Counted from the first letter of the stretch, positions 26,485 through 41,324 are shown. The stretch: DNA of 64,000 nt from Octopus vulgaris (GCA_951406725.2 OX597818.1:145824001-145888000), one strand, 5' to 3'. Translations and numbers: made by a program. Notes: generated by a model from the sequence alone, not told the origin.

Positions 26485-28319
26485 GAAGATGTATTTACAG
26501 ATATTGATACAGATATATTGACTGGCAGAATATAGATAATTGATGTATTAAAGCGTTTTGACAAGGGACAGGAAAACAACAGTCACTGAGTAACAGAGTG
26601 TAAGAAAGGGAGCAGTAATTTCTTTTATCATAAACATGAGGAAAAGACATGAATTTAATTAGGCCCAAATTCAGCAACTTTATTGATTCTGAATTGAATG
26701 GGCCAAAGAGATGCAACTCTTAATTTTCTTCTTTTTTCCTTTTTTCTCATTCCTCTTTTCCTTTATACACTTCTCTTGTCCTTCCTCATGTTTTCTTAAA
26801 GACCATCGTCCTTTTCGATCTTTTTTTTTTTTCATTTTTTCTTTTTTTGTTTCAAGGATCAGCATTCTTTTTCTTTAATTTCTTTGAAAAAGACCAGCTG
26901 AGTTGAATGCTTGAGTTTGAAAGATTGCTTGAAATCAAACAGTTTGTTACACAAGTTTGTCCAACAATTGAGTTTAGACTGCATGAAACTAATAGTAGCT
27001 TGAATTTAAATCCTGCATATATACATATACACATATGCATATATATGCATATGCATATATACATGTGTGTGTGTGTGTAGGTGTGGTTAAGAAGCTCACT
27101 TTACAAAAAAGTGTAGTCTGTCATTTGCTTCCACTGGTCTCATGTACTACAACCACTCCTTGGCCTCAAGAGTGATGTTTGGTAGATACAAACAGGAATG
27201 TAATTATGTATGTATGCATGTATTTAGGTATGTATGTATGCATGTATGTATGCATGCATGTATGTATGCATGCATGTATGTATGTATGTAATTGAAAATG
27301 GATGTGCTAGGGAATGGATGTGCCAGGTGCATGAAAAATTGCCATGTTGGTTGTGGCTCTTCATAGTATTCATGTTAAACTCTTTCTGCTACATCCAGTA
27401 GAGTTCTATGTGACTAGTATAGGGCTATTATGTAATACAAAGAGCACATCTACTATAAAAGAAAAATATAAAGCATGAAATTAGTATTCCTCTTCTACAT
27501 TTGTTATACAAGTTTTTGCAATCACTAATTGATGATGGCAAAGTATAAATGCAATTTAAACAAAACATTTGAGCATATTAAATGCATCATTAGACAGGAT
27601 CAACCTGTCTGATGATACATTTGATATGACCAAATTCTCTGTGTATAATGTATTTATAATTTTTCGGCTTTGATTATCTGTCACAGAAACATGTGTAACG
27701 AATGAGATTAAGGAATATCAAATTCATGCTTCACGTTTTTCTGTTGCATGTATATGTATATGTTTGTTTGTGTGTTTGTGTGTTTGTGTGTGCGTGTGTG
27801 TGTAAATATGTATGTGTAAGGAAGTACATGTCTGTATGTGTATTTCCCTGGTCTTGAAATTTTAATGTTGATTGTAAACAAAGTGTTTGCTCCTCCAACT
27901 AACATTAGTGTGTCTTTGCAGTACACCATAGTAACATATCAAGGCTGCTTGTTATTCAGTACACTAGGAGAAATTATTGCTTGGTTGGAAATACCTAAAG
28001 GTAGGTACAAGGAATGGCAACATGATGTTGATGATGAAGATTATATACACAACTATAAAATATATATAATTATATATCTATATTTAAAGTGTTCTTGAGT
28101 GAAATACTACCTTTCATATTGCTCCAGTTTACTCAGCTGTAAATAAGTTCCTACAATAGCTGGAAAGTTACTCTGCAATGGACTGGCATCTCATTCAGGG
28201 GAATGTTGTGATTTCAGTCCCTCATCTGCCTTGAAAAACAGATTTAGCTCTAAATGTATGAGTCTTAGGGCTCATCAAGACAAAAAAAAAAAGAAAAACA
28301 TTATATATGTAATGATCAG

Positions 28320-29150
28320 ATACGAAGCTGAGAAAGCAGCGGCACAGACTGGCAGCAAGCTCAGTGTTAATGATATCATCAGGAACCCTTTTGTAGGGAA
28401 AAAGGACTCAGAGCCACCAACTTTCAGTATTAATCGAAGACAAAAAAGGGAAAAAGAGACATGATGCAAGCTGAATTAAGACTTTGAAGGAAGAAGGATT
28501 ATAGTCGAAGGCCAGAGAGTGTGCAGCCAAGAAGCATGGATAAGGAGTTCATATAACGCTGAACTTTGAAGACAGAAGCCATTCCACATCTTTTTTCTCC
28601 TCCTTTTGTCATGTGACACCAATGAACTTACACTGGTAAGGAATAAAGTAAAACCCACAGTGCAGGCTATGTGGGGAGAACAAAAAGTGTCTCAGGCTGA
28701 TATAATGGATAAGGAGAAATAGGAAAAATGCTAGAGCCGCATGAGATCAACATAAGTCATTCAGTTGATTAAGACTGGGGATAAGTTGATCTCCAGAAAG
28801 ATACAGACCTTCCAGCTGGTAGTACAGTTATAGGAGACATGGATGAACCAGAGAAGGAAACTTCACTTAAGTTACCCTGTATCCTTCTGGCCTGATAGGA
28901 AGATAGAAGTGAAGAGGGTTCAAAGAAGAAAGTTACCAAGTCTGAGGATCTGGTACAACAATAATAGGAAGAGGTTTAACAGGTTTAGTTATTTTCAGTT
29001 GAGCCTGGTTGCAGTCTCTGTGGAAGCTGCTACAACCCCAGGAATAGCAGGAAGGGAAAGAAAGATGCTGCTTGAAAATTGGGTGTGGATTAAAAAATAA
29101 CATTACTTACTGCATCTGGCACAAGTATGTGTTGAGCTGGAAGGCATGAC
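28320..29150 (+). mobile_element. Decayed non-LTR retrotransposon with restriction-like endonuclease C-terminus (Hero/R2-like group)
   Basis: Frameshifted segments EAEKAAAQTGSKLSVNDII, RDMMQAEL, QKPFHIFFLL, NPQCRLCGE (zinc knuckle) and PGIAGRERK resemble the post-RT region of RLE-type elements. Confidence 0.65.
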
Positions 29151-29639
29151 ATTAAAAGTAGTGACTGGCCATTAATATCAACTCGCTAACAGGAAAACAT
29201 TTACAGAAAGGGTCAAAAACTCCCCGGAAAAAGGACACCAACACAAAATAATATTTCGTGGTGGAAATAACAATAAGGAATATGTAATTGAATCTGCTAG
29301 CATTTATAGTAGAAATATCTAATAGTTTATATACAAATACACACACACACACACACACACATATAAGCATGAATATACATGAACATAATTTTATTACGGA
29401 TTATTTATGGATCTCCGAGCCCCCAGAAATAACTGTTGGACATATAACAACTTTCTTCCACCCCTTTAATTTTCTCTGTCACTTGTACTCTTTGTAAGCT
29501 GGACCAATTAATATAAATATCTATATATTTATACTTAAAAATTCATCCTCTCAAAGTCTCCATCTGACAAACTAAGGTCCCCACTTTCAAGTACTCACTT
29601 CACTTCCATTTCCTTTTCTTATTCATTTTTTGCCTTGTG

Positions 29640-29830
29640 AATTACCTGGTGACTTGATAAGTACCGATGGCATGAAAGAAGCATCCACTACACTTTGTAA
29701 ATTGGTTGGCATTAGGAAGGGCATCCAGCAGCAGAAAACTTGCCAAAGCCGATGCTGGAGCTGAATGCAGCCTGCCGAATCCAGTTAAACCATCGAACCT
29801 ATACCAACATGGGAAAATGGATGTTAAATT
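29640..29830 (+). mobile_element. RTE-type 3' tail fragment (similar pieces at about 15890-16060, 25180-25305, 36590-36720, 47925-48140)
   Basis: ggttggcattaggaagggcatccagc...ccaacatgggaaaatggatgttaaa, homologous to 48610-48790. Confidence 0.75.
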
Positions 29831-29902
29831 ATGATATATGTGTGTGTGTGTGTGTGTATGTATATATATATATATATATACATACATATATATATATATG
29901 TC

Positions 29903-30034
<132 letters not shown>

Positions 30035-30036
30035 TA

Positions 30037-30405
30037 AAAATGGAACAAAAACACAATAGAGGGCATTAAAACATTCCGAAAGATAGATGACACAAAGGCG
30101 GACAAGAGATACAACAATTAGAAGGACAGGTAAAAAAGACGGGTCATTCTTGGCTGTCTTTCATCAGTCAAGTACCAGAAGTCAAGACCATTTCGGACAG
30201 TTACACTAGAGATGGTTCAATCTGGTTGTCCCAAAAAAAGTATAAGTTAAGAGCATTAGACCCCTTTGTCAGAAAGCTAGCGAATGTGTATGGCAACAAA
30301 GACAAAAAAATAACAAAGTAACAAAGAACATGGTACACACAAATACAACAAGAAATAACAACAGACGTCTTTCCATTGAGAACGACTAAAATTGAGCTGA
30401 CGTAC
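30037..30405. repeat. Interspersed repeat in (TA)n, sister of 955-1268
   Basis: Shares the blocks listed for 955-1268. Confidence 0.7.
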
Positions 30406-30573
30406 GTACATATATGTATGTAATTCTATATATATATATATAAAATACAATAAGACATTATAATAGTAAATTGATATTAAATATATTAAATATATTATGA
30501 TATATATGACTATAGCAATTAAAACCAAAAAGGCATATAGATATATATATAGGTATATAGATATATATATAGG

Positions 30574-30608
<35 letters not shown>

Positions 30609-30613
30609 GTATA

Positions 30614-30881
30614 CAGTGATGGACTGGGTCTAAAAATATTTGTTGCCAGGAGACGAAGGGGGCCCATCTGCAACTACAAAGGGGCTTACCCACAACTACA
30701 AGTATTCTTGCAACTGTCTACAAACACAGCCAGGCTGAAATAATTAATGCATTCTTCAAGGAGTGAATAAAAAATTCTCAAACTTGAGAATTAACTATTA
30801 TGGGCTCCCATATATGGATTCTAATGGTGCAGGGGCCCACATGCCATCGGGCAAGCTGGCAACCTAGTCAGTCTGCCACTG
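30614..30881. mobile_element. hAT-like MITE
   Basis: Terminal inverted repeats cagtgatggactg ... cagtctgccactg. The TSD is obscured by (TA)n. Confidence 0.6.
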
Positions 30882-30919
30882 TGTATATATATATACATAT
30901 ACATACATACATACAAACA

Positions 30920-30970
<51 letters not shown>

Positions 30971-31066
30971 GTGTATGCAAAGCGAGCTTCACTTGTTATA
31001 TATTATGTGTTTCGTTGGTGATTTTCTTTCTCTGTCTTCCTTTCCTTGGACATTTCCTTTTTCTAT

Positions 31067-31101
31067 GTTTCTGACAAAGAGCTCCACTCAAAGCGTTAAA
31101 T
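31067..31101 (+). ncRNA. Decayed hammerhead motif in a PLE-type terminal fragment (about 30975-31160)
   Basis: gttt CTGACAA a gag ctcca ctc AAAG cgtta aat. Same layout as 49338-49374; core positions are mutated. Confidence 0.4.
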
Positions 31102-31200
31102 TCTCCTTCTTTCTTTCCTTTCGTGAGCGTCCAATAACACTAAACTTGTTCCACGTCCTACATATACATGCAAGCATGCATACATACATGCATACATATT

Positions 31201-31254
<54 letters not shown>

Positions 31255-31356
31255 TTTATATATATATATAAATTGATGTGTGTGTAGGTATAGATATATA
31301 TATAAATATGTATGTATATATATATTTTTATCTCTGTCTATCTATCTATCTATCTA

Positions 31357-31408
<52 letters not shown>

Positions 31409-31440
31409 CATATATATATGTATATATATAACTTATAAAA

Positions 31441-31520
31441 TTTATTAAAAAGCCGCATATTACTCTACCTCTGATATTCGAGTACTATTTTTTCCACCTT
31501 GTTTTGCATTTATGTGTATA
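31441..31520 (+). repeat. Collapsed sister of the 46548-46742 hairpin element
   Basis: tttattaaaaagc joined directly to gcatattactctacctctg.tattc...tactattttttccacct.gttt..cattt. Confidence 0.8.
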
Positions 31521-31627
31521 ATATATATATATATATATATATATTAAATTTAGGGTAAAAATTGATATTTATCAATTAGAACCAGTGGTCTAGCATATTA
31601 AAGAAAGAATCCGAAGATTAAAATATT

Positions 31628-31872
31628 TATATATACCAATTAAGGACTGAACACGAAAAAGTGGACAGTCAACATGCTAGATATAGACGTCAAATCGCCA
31701 TTCTCCACAAAAAGTCTATGTTCTCAGATCAAACTCAACACAAAGTGTTTTGTGTTTTGTGTTGAGTTTGATCTGAGAACATAGACTTTTTGTGGAGAAT
31801 GGCGATTTGACGTCTATATCTAGCATGTTGACTGTCCACTTTTTCGTGTTCAGTCCTTAATTGGTATATATA
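31628..31872. repeat. Perfect palindrome with 117-bp arms and 11-nt loop, preceded by an about 85-bp leader, within (TA)n
   Basis: 31628-31744 is the exact reverse complement of 31756-31872; loop gtgttttgtgt. Confidence 0.97.
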
Positions 31873-32718
31873 TATGTATATATATATATGTATGTATGTA
31901 TATATGTATGTATGTATAGATATATGTATATACATATACATATGTATATATAAATATAAATATATATATATAGTTGTATTGCTTGTGTGTTAGTGTATGT
32001 TTATGTATGTGTATGTATGTATGTGTGTGTGGATGTGAATGTGTGCGTATGTATACTTGCATAGATGCTTAAATATGAAGTGTAGATCATGTATATAATG
32101 TACATATTTGGAATATATATGTATACATATAGATATATAGATATATATATATATATTATGCATATGTGTATATATATATATATATATATATCATTAGTTT
32201 CATCCTTAGATCAGTAAAAGAAATGCTGCTTTTGAAGAGTATGTTATTGGTGAAAACCTTGATCCAAACACTTACAGTCGCTATCCTTATTCTGAGATAT
32301 TCATATTGTGTTGCTATTGCCATAAAAGCGTGTTAAAAATTATATGATAGTTAGTGTGAATGTGCCATTGTTAGCAACGTCTGAGGTATGATGTTTTCTT
32401 TTTAAACCCATGAAGGAATCAGCCAAAAAATAATATGTACAGGTACAAAATTATGGTAGTGCTTGAGCATCACCACAGCATCATGGCTGAATCGAATAAA
32501 AGCATAAAAATTAAAAGAATAAATATATATAAAAAAAGCAAAAAATTTCAAAAAAGAAATTGAGAAAATTAAATATATGCCACATTATCAACTTTACATG
32601 AGCCAAATTAGAAAAAACATTATAAATGTATTTGCTACCGCAATATATTCCATGGTGCCAATCATCATAAGTGTATGATACACCTATTATAATGGATGTT
32701 ATTATAATTTTCATTGTA

Positions 32719-32776
<58 letters not shown>

Positions 32777-32937
32777 TGGAAGATGGACGTTAAATTATGA
32801 TCATATATGTAATTTAATTGCAGATTAAGGCTACCATGGGTTTCATGTAACCAAAGCCCTTAACAATTATCAAACGTATCACATAAACATCAGTGTTCGT
32901 CTCCATTTTCAATTAAAATTCCAAATGGAAACATGTA

Positions 32938-32984
<47 letters not shown>

Positions 32985-33108
32985 TTATATATATATATGT
33001 ATGTACATATATATATACTCGTATTTTATTAGCATAATGACTCACCCATGAGGCAACAAAATCATACACAAACAATACATTTACAAGTATCTATGTAATT
33101 ATATGTGC

Positions 33109-33161
<53 letters not shown>

Positions 33162-33457
33162 TACTTACACACACACAGGCACATACACACATATACACAC
33201 ACACATATCAATATATTCCTACACCCTTGCACTCACATGTATTTATGAAGATTTCTAACATATTTTCTTTTATTCTGTGTACTTTGCATCTATTTCTAGC
33301 ATTCATTCCTGTTTTTCTATACTGAATTTATGGCTGCTGTCAGGCTCATTTATTAACCTATTAACCTTTTTCATATGACATGTAGTGCACCTGAGCACTC
33401 TGTACAATAATGCCATATCATTATATATACTTTTACTTATTTACATATATATAAATG

Positions 33458-33524
<67 letters not shown>

Positions 33525-33570
33525 CCTCTCACCTACATTCTTATATAAATACACATATACTTATATAAAC

Positions 33571-33606
<36 letters not shown>

Positions 33607-34059
33607 CATACATCTAAGCATATGTATATGCATGTATCTACTTATCTATGTCTCTCTCTCTTTCTCATTCTCTCTCTCTCTCTCTCTCTCTTCGTATGTG
33701 TGTATATATATATATATAATATACAAACATTCATATATATATGTACACACACACATACACACACTGTACACACAAATACATTGATATATGTACACTTATA
33801 TATCATAAATTTTATATATATCTGTTGTGTGGATATGTATATAAAACACACTTTATAACATATACATAAAATATTATGTACATGAAATATGTTATGCACA
33901 CATGCATACATATATATATGTAAATTTATAAATATATATATATGTATGTATGTATGTATACACACACACATATATAATATTCATATTCTATGTATATAAT
34001 ATTTACATGTGTATATATATATATATGTATATACATACATATGTATATACATACATATG

Positions 34060-34111
<52 letters not shown>

Positions 34112-34480
34112 TTATGTAAAATCACTGAGATAAATAGTAATAATAATTATAATAATAATCCCACAGAAAGTGATGTTTTTGTCCCCTGCCCCTTAATATG
34201 TTGTAGGAATCCATCTGCTTGTGTGTCTGTACTTTTGTATAAATGTAAGAGTGTGTGTGTATGCGCGTATGTGCTTTTGTGTGAAAACATGATTATCGTG
34301 GGTGCACAATACAAAGTATTCCAAGACAGAGATATTCTATGACTTGTTATAAAAGCCATTTGGTTCCGTGGATAGAAATACAAATTTTCTTTCTTACAGT
34401 TTTATTCTATTCTTTATTTATTAATTGCCTGAATGTTTAACAACTTGTTAATCTACTTTTGGGTGCACACACACTTACAT

Positions 34481-34518
<38 letters not shown>

Positions 34519-34588
34519 GAATGTATGCATGCAGATATACACACATACATATATATATATGCATGCACTATCACATGCATAAGTATAT

Positions 34589-34638
<50 letters not shown>

Positions 34639-34650
34639 ATGCATATACAT

Positions 34651-34698
<48 letters not shown>

Positions 34699-34817
34699 TC
34701 AATATATCAAGGCGGTCCCCCAGCATCGCCACAGTCAAATGACTAAAATACCCAAAAGAATATATACATAAATATATTTACACATATATATATATATATA
34801 CACACACACATACATGT

Positions 34818-34900
<83 letters not shown>

Positions 34901-34951
34901 CATATATATACGTATATATACATATATATACATATATATACATATATATAC

Positions 34952-34987
<36 letters not shown>

Positions 34988-35004
34988 GCATATATAATTG
35001 TGCA

Positions 35005-35049
<45 letters not shown>

Positions 35050-35395
35050 TCATGCATATGCTGCCTAAAGAACAGTTTTGTTTCGTTCAACAAAAATACT
35101 TTTAAAATGGTGGAGTCATCCTGACTGCAAACAGAAACCTTTCAACAACTAAAGAAATATCAATAGCATTTGTAGGTTGACTAAATCTCATAACCTGGAA
35201 ACACTAACATTGCATAACTATATAAATTATTTGTTTAGTTTCGTTTTGTGTTGCTGCCTTTTTTCTTTATATCCTTTCGGTGACTATTATTGTCGTTGTG
35301 ATGAGGATGTTTTTGTTATTGCTAGTGTGTTTGTTTTACATATTCATACAATTAATTCATTAATATTTTAGGCTTATGAAATAGCATATTTGTAT

Positions 35396-35429
<34 letters not shown>

Positions 35430-36099
35430 ATATATATATTTCGAAAACAGTGTGTGCATAAACAAATAGGAAAAACAAAGAGAAAGTAAAAGAAAAGCAA
35501 ATACATTTTATATTTTCATTGATGTTTTCAATATTCCTCAGTATTTTTTAAATGTTTATTCTTCCTCAATGACGCACAGCGGTTCTTCATCTGCAGACAC
35601 TCACTAGTTGAGAGATTAAGAACCTGGAATACAATTTACATGTTCATGATTTTCAAACTGGTGACAGCAATTACATTATATGTCCATAAACAAGACCTTC
35701 TTACTCTGTCTTGCTTCTTTTTTTTCTTTTTTTTTTTTCCATGTATTCAGTTGATTGTTACATACAAGTGCTTGCAGTCAATATATACAACTTTATACCA
35801 ATATCAATAGTTACACTCTTATCAACAACTTTGGAGCTTTCGGTGAGCACTGTAGTGCAGGGATAAGCTCTCAGTAAGATGATTTCACCATCTAGGATTG
35901 ATTCCCAGTTAAAACTAATTAACATCATGACACTGCAAATGCACACAATACTTCATTTCCATCTCTCCTAGAAAGCTGTGGCCATTTGCCTATGTTAGAG
36001 AACATTACTATTTTCCATATACATAAATACATATATATATACATATATAAATATATATATATATCTTGGTTCACTCTTTTTCCTCTATGCACTGATGCT

Positions 36100-36285
36100 G
36101 GACTTGCTGATAGCATTATTAATGTTTTGAGTTTTATGTTCTGAGTTCAAATTCCGCCAAGGCCGACTTTGCTATTCATACTTTTGGTGTTGATAAAATA
36201 AATACCAGTTGAGCCCTGTGCCAATGTGATCAACTTGCCCCACCCTTTTCAAATTTCAGGCCTTGTGTCTGTAGTAGAAAGAATT
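36100..36285 (+). mobile_element. SINE family 'B' fragment
   Basis: gttctgagttcaaattccgccaaggccgactttgc...gataaaataaataccagttg. Confidence 0.75.
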
Positions 36286-36407
36286 ATCAATGTAAGTGCT
36301 CTTAACTTTGTACTTTCTATGAAGGGGAAGCATTTGAAGAATGCATATCACAAGGATTATCTAGAATGACTTGTTAAATAAACCTAATAATAATAATAAT
36401 AATAATG

Positions 36408-36466
<59 letters not shown>

Positions 36467-37519
36467 TCAATAATAATAATAATAATAATACAAATATATA
36501 AGGACATTTTGGTAATCTTCCTTTTGATGTTGTCAGACATTATACAAACAAAGGTTCATAGAGTTGCCAGGTTATAGATTACATAGCCAGGGGCATCCAG
36601 CCATAGAATCTCTGCCAGATCAAGATTGAAGCCTGGTGCAGCCATCTGGTTTGCCAGCCCTCAGTCAATCGTCCAACCCATGCTAGCATGGAAAGCGGAC
36701 GTTAAACGATGATGATGATATATGTGTTCAAATCTTTTTATTACAGCTTTCGGGTAAAGTATATTTATTCACATTGACTTCGTCTAAAGAGCATACAGCT
36801 GAGCTGCTTAAGAATTGGGTATTTGAATTAGTTACTAGTGAAAGCCCTTCCTTATATGGATGCATATTAAAAAGAAAAGAAGGTAACCCAGAACATATAC
36901 ATACATACATACATACATACATACATACATACATACATACATACATACATACATACATACATGTATATATATGCAGGCAAAATTAATAGAGGTCACAAAA
37001 GTATATATCTATACACATATACACATATAGTCATACATACATTTATACATGCATTGTGTGTGTGTATGTATATATATGTATATGTATATGTATATGTATA
37101 TATATATATATATGTATATATATTTATATATATCTCATGAGGGAAGGATGAAAGAAAGACCAGTATTCAGTTAGGAGACTGGTGATAGGTAAATAAGCAA
37201 TAGGCAGATGTACAGTAGGAAGATATGTGGACATGAAAAATGCCATGAGGCAACAAGTGTATGCTTGACAGGAGGCGTGTGTATATGTGCGTGTGTGTGT
37301 GTATATATACATATATCTGCATGCATATATGTGTGTGTGAGTGTGTGTGTGTATAATATATATATATATATACACACAGGCATATATGCATATACATGTG
37401 CACACATACAGACTTATACATATACACATATACATACACACACACATATACACATATGTACATCCTACCTGCACCACTACCCCTTCTGTTCATGTGCATT
37501 TCATCATGCTTGTGTGAGT

Positions 37520-38900
37520 GCATGCTTCTTTTCTCTATGCATCCCGTGTATCAACCAGCCCACATGATCCTTTGTCATCTCCTCCATGAGAAGCAACCTC
37601 TTGACGTCAGTCTTCACTTCATCCCGAGTCTCTTTCGATTTCCGTCATCTTCAGGCTCCATTCACTTGAAGCACTCAATACTTCCTTATGTAGCTGACAT
37701 CTTCAGACTACATTACATGTCCGTACCAGAACAGTCTTCATGTTTGCAAACTATTGCTGATTCTTCATATACTTAGTTTTTCTCTCAATGCATTTATACT
37801 TTGTTTTCCATGCATCCTAACATCCCACTTCTGATGGGGTGTGTTTGCCTTGTTTCTTTCAAAGTCTTCACAAATTTTATGCATTCTTGGTCCACATCTA
37901 CTTCCCATTCTATGTCTCTATTCAAACACAAACATCATACTATCTGATCTTCATCATGAAGAAGAAGATCTCTCTAGTCAACAGAGGTGATAGGTTTTTA
38001 AAATTTTCCCAGCCAGTTCTTGCTCAGGCTACTATTCCACTGGTGCATCCCCCTCTTGTAGGTAACAGAAACTATCAACGACTTCTAAGAAGCCTCCCGA
38101 GTGTTTGAGCATATCTATTTCCAATGAGATCTTTGAGCAAATGACCTCTGTCCATCAGTCTGCTTTCTTCACTCATCTGCCTGTGATTCCACTGCATCAC
38201 TTACACATCCATTGTTTACAATGATTGCAATGTATAAAATTCTTAACTTTTCTTTTTCTGAATATCAAATCAGGCCGTTTCCATGATGACAGAAAGATCC
38301 TGTAAGCTTTAACAATATTTTAATAATACTGTAAGTTTTAATAATGTTCTAATAATACTGCAAACTTTAATAATATTTTAATAATACTGAAAGTTTTCCT
38401 ATGTTTGCTTTGAAGTTTTTTGATTCCTAATTTTGTTTCCATGTCTGGAATTTCCTCTCTTATTCTACCATAGATTTAATTGAAAAACTAGATCATTGGA
38501 AATAGAGAAAATCATGGACAGAACTTATAGGACTACAATGAACAAAAGGGTGCTGATGGGTCTATTCTTGATCATTAAATTTGTCACTGAGCTCACTGAA
38601 GACAATCACATTGCTAACTACACCTCTTCACATAGTTTTTCACCCTGCCAAGTGTCTTCTACATATTGAAAAATGCAGGTATAGTGGTTTAGTCTTCCCT
38701 AAGTAATTCTCTTGTAGTCATATCATCAGAAAGTTGATATTGGTATTATCACAATTCAAGTAAAAGCTGAACTGCAGCTCACCCGAGCAATCTCTGTTCC
38801 TAATCAACTGTGCAATGAATCTGAAAGTAAACTTCATAACCTGGTCCAGAAGTCAACTACCTCTGTTACTGATTCACTCTCTAGTTCATCTTTTTGGCTT
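37520..38900 (-). mobile_element. Decayed RTE-clade LINE (RT and C-terminus)
   Basis: Minus strand remnants LREKLSI, RLFWYGHVM, RDEVKTDVKRLLL; further upstream IAQLIR...LQENYLGKTKPLYL. Confidence 0.75.
38300..38397. repeat. 29-bp minisatellite, about 3.3 copies
   Basis: Unit ctgtaagctttaacaatattttaataata with variants. Confidence 0.8.
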
Positions 38901-39088
38901 AAGTTTACAATGATAATTTTATCCAGCAATTAGGTGTGACAGCTTTGTACATATATATATGCATATGTATATGTGCATGTATGTATATATATGTGTGTGT
39001 GTACATATATATAAATATATTTTTTTAAATATATAATACTGTACCAAAAACTTTCTGTTTCTTATTCTACTATATATATATATAAACA

Positions 39089-39125
<37 letters not shown>

Positions 39126-39536
39126 AATGTTAAAGAGCTCCCTCAACCCAGGGAACATCTTAAATTCCAGGACAAACATCTTCAGACCTGGCTAACACTT
39201 CAGAAAATCCCTACTGAAGTCATGGGACCCACAAGCTGACTGTAGCAATTACAGACAGTGATCTAAGGAAGACAATCCCTTCCTCTTAGCCTTTTTCCTT
39301 TGTTCATGTGTTCAACAGCTAGCCACAAGGTCCTTTCTCCCTCCACTTTGAAGAGAGGTTATAGGCTGTCAGCCATTAGGTTCTGAAGAGGTATCATAAA
39401 GCTAATTGCTTTATGGACATGAAACCCACGGTAAGCCCATAGAACAGCCATAACTATTAATTACCCTACTGCTCTATAACTTAGAATGCGCTTGTCTTTT
39501 GGATTTATGATTTATTGATTTACTCTTTCGGATTTA

Positions 39537-39581
<45 letters not shown>

Positions 39582-40310
39582 TATATACATAAACATAAAT
39601 TTATAAATAACCAGTAACATTAATCGCTACATTAAAGTGGCTGTTCCATGTTACTACTAGTTTAACCCCGGGCAGATCTTCCACCAGCTGGTTGTTGGTA
39701 CAGCCCCGCACCATGTACGTACATATATATTGCTAGCAGGGGAGCAAACCCCTATCATCCTCTAGCAGACAACAGGATCATGAGACTGGCTCAGCTTTGA
39801 ACTGGTTGGCTCATCTTCAGTTGTGAGCACCTGGTCGCCAGAAAGATAGTCAGAGTCCACTCCAGCCAGCAATATATTGTAAACAAAGTGAGCATTGGTC
39901 ACTGATATATATATATATATAAGCAAGCAGAGTTAGCGGTTATAGTAACCGACTAAGGGATAAAATATCTGTATTTACTATCGGTATCAGTTACCTGTGC
40001 TATATATATATATATATATACACACACATATGTATGCATACATAGACAGATATATGCATGCAGGTGCCATTGTGAGCTGCACAGTGAATATTCTTCCAAG
40101 GGGAGAATGAGATAGATATAAAGAGAAGCAGAGTGACACAGGAAAAAAATTAACCACCGAACAGTATTTATTCATTGACAAGGAAGATATTAACAGCAGA
40201 ATTCACATTCATAGTGAACAGGAACTCATATCACAAGACAACAATACACAATATTATATACATGACTCAGACAATTCACTAATATAATTTTATATATATA
40301 TATATATATA

Positions 40311-40487
40311 CAGGGTGTGGTGAATAAGATGTCTAAATTATGCAAAATTGAAAATAACATTGACATCTCATTCTAACTTATATTTACCAAAATTACATAA
40401 AAATAACTTTAAATATTAAAGAGTAAAATTTATTCAATAAAATCCCCATTGGCTTCAAATGATGATTTTATTGAATAAATTTTACTC

Positions 40488-40547
<60 letters not shown>

Positions 40548-40727
40548 TGCACATAATACAATTGTTCACATACACACACTCTTCTGGACAGTCTCCTTGT
40601 TTAAGTTGGTGAATGCTGCCGTAAGCCTTGCCTTCAGTTCATCTTTGGTGTTACAAGGAGTTTTGTTGGTCTCTTGCTCAGCTGCACCCCACACATAATA
40701 ATCAAGAGGATTTCAGTCTAGGGAGTC
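40311..40727 (-). mobile_element. Tc1/mariner-family transposon 3' relic interrupted by a hairpin and (TA)n
   Basis: Terminus TA|CAGGGTG. Minus strand SLD*NPLDYYVWGAAEQETNKTPCNTKDELKARLTAAFTNLNKETVQK (SPDxNPLDYxxW motif). Confidence 0.85.
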
Positions 40728-40769
40728 ACCACACACACACACACATTTTTATGTCAATTTAACAATTAA

Positions 40770-40980
40770 CCCTTTAGCATTCAGTTTACTCAGTCAAATG
40801 TAATACTTATTTGTTCACATTGGTTTGAATTAATCATTTCTTTATCCCGGAATCTAAAGATTTCAATGATATTTTCAGAGTAACATTGTAGAGTAGGTGT
40901 GAGAAGCTGATCTGGCTAGTTTGGACACAATACAAAGAGATTAACTGGACCAGATATGACCAGTTTAAATGCTAAGGCTT
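40770..40980. mobile_element. piggyBac-type MITE (second family)
   Basis: TTAA|CCCTTTAGCATT ... AATGCTAAGG; right end decayed. Confidence 0.65.
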
Positions 40981-41197
40981 ACTTGATACTCTTCAGTCGA
41001 GCACATATTCATTGATTTTTATATGGAAGAAGTCATCAATGAATAAGTTCTGGGGTTGATTTGCTCAACTTAAGGCGGAGCTCCAGCATGGCCGCAGTCA
41101 AATGACTGAAACAAGTAAAAGAGTAAAAGAGCAATGATTTCAGAGTTTCGGTGCACAAGCCAAAATTTTGAAGTTTCTGTGAACCTTTTCCTTGTAA

Positions 41198-41256
<59 letters not shown>

Positions 41257-41324
41257 TGCATATATACCTCTCTGTGTGTGTGTGTGCGTGTGCATGTGTG
41301 TGTGTGTGTGTGCATGTGTGTGTG

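Noticed and set aside
27922-28000. Exon-like segment with branch point, tttgcag acceptor and AAG|gtaggt donor
   Set aside because: Its 3' half resembles the SINE tail seen at about 17810-17870, so it is probably repeat-derived. Exonisation cannot be shown from sequence.
32209-32346. Short open frame ISKRNAAFEEYVIGENLDPNTY...
   Set aside because: Resembles a decayed minus-strand SINE 'A' tail.
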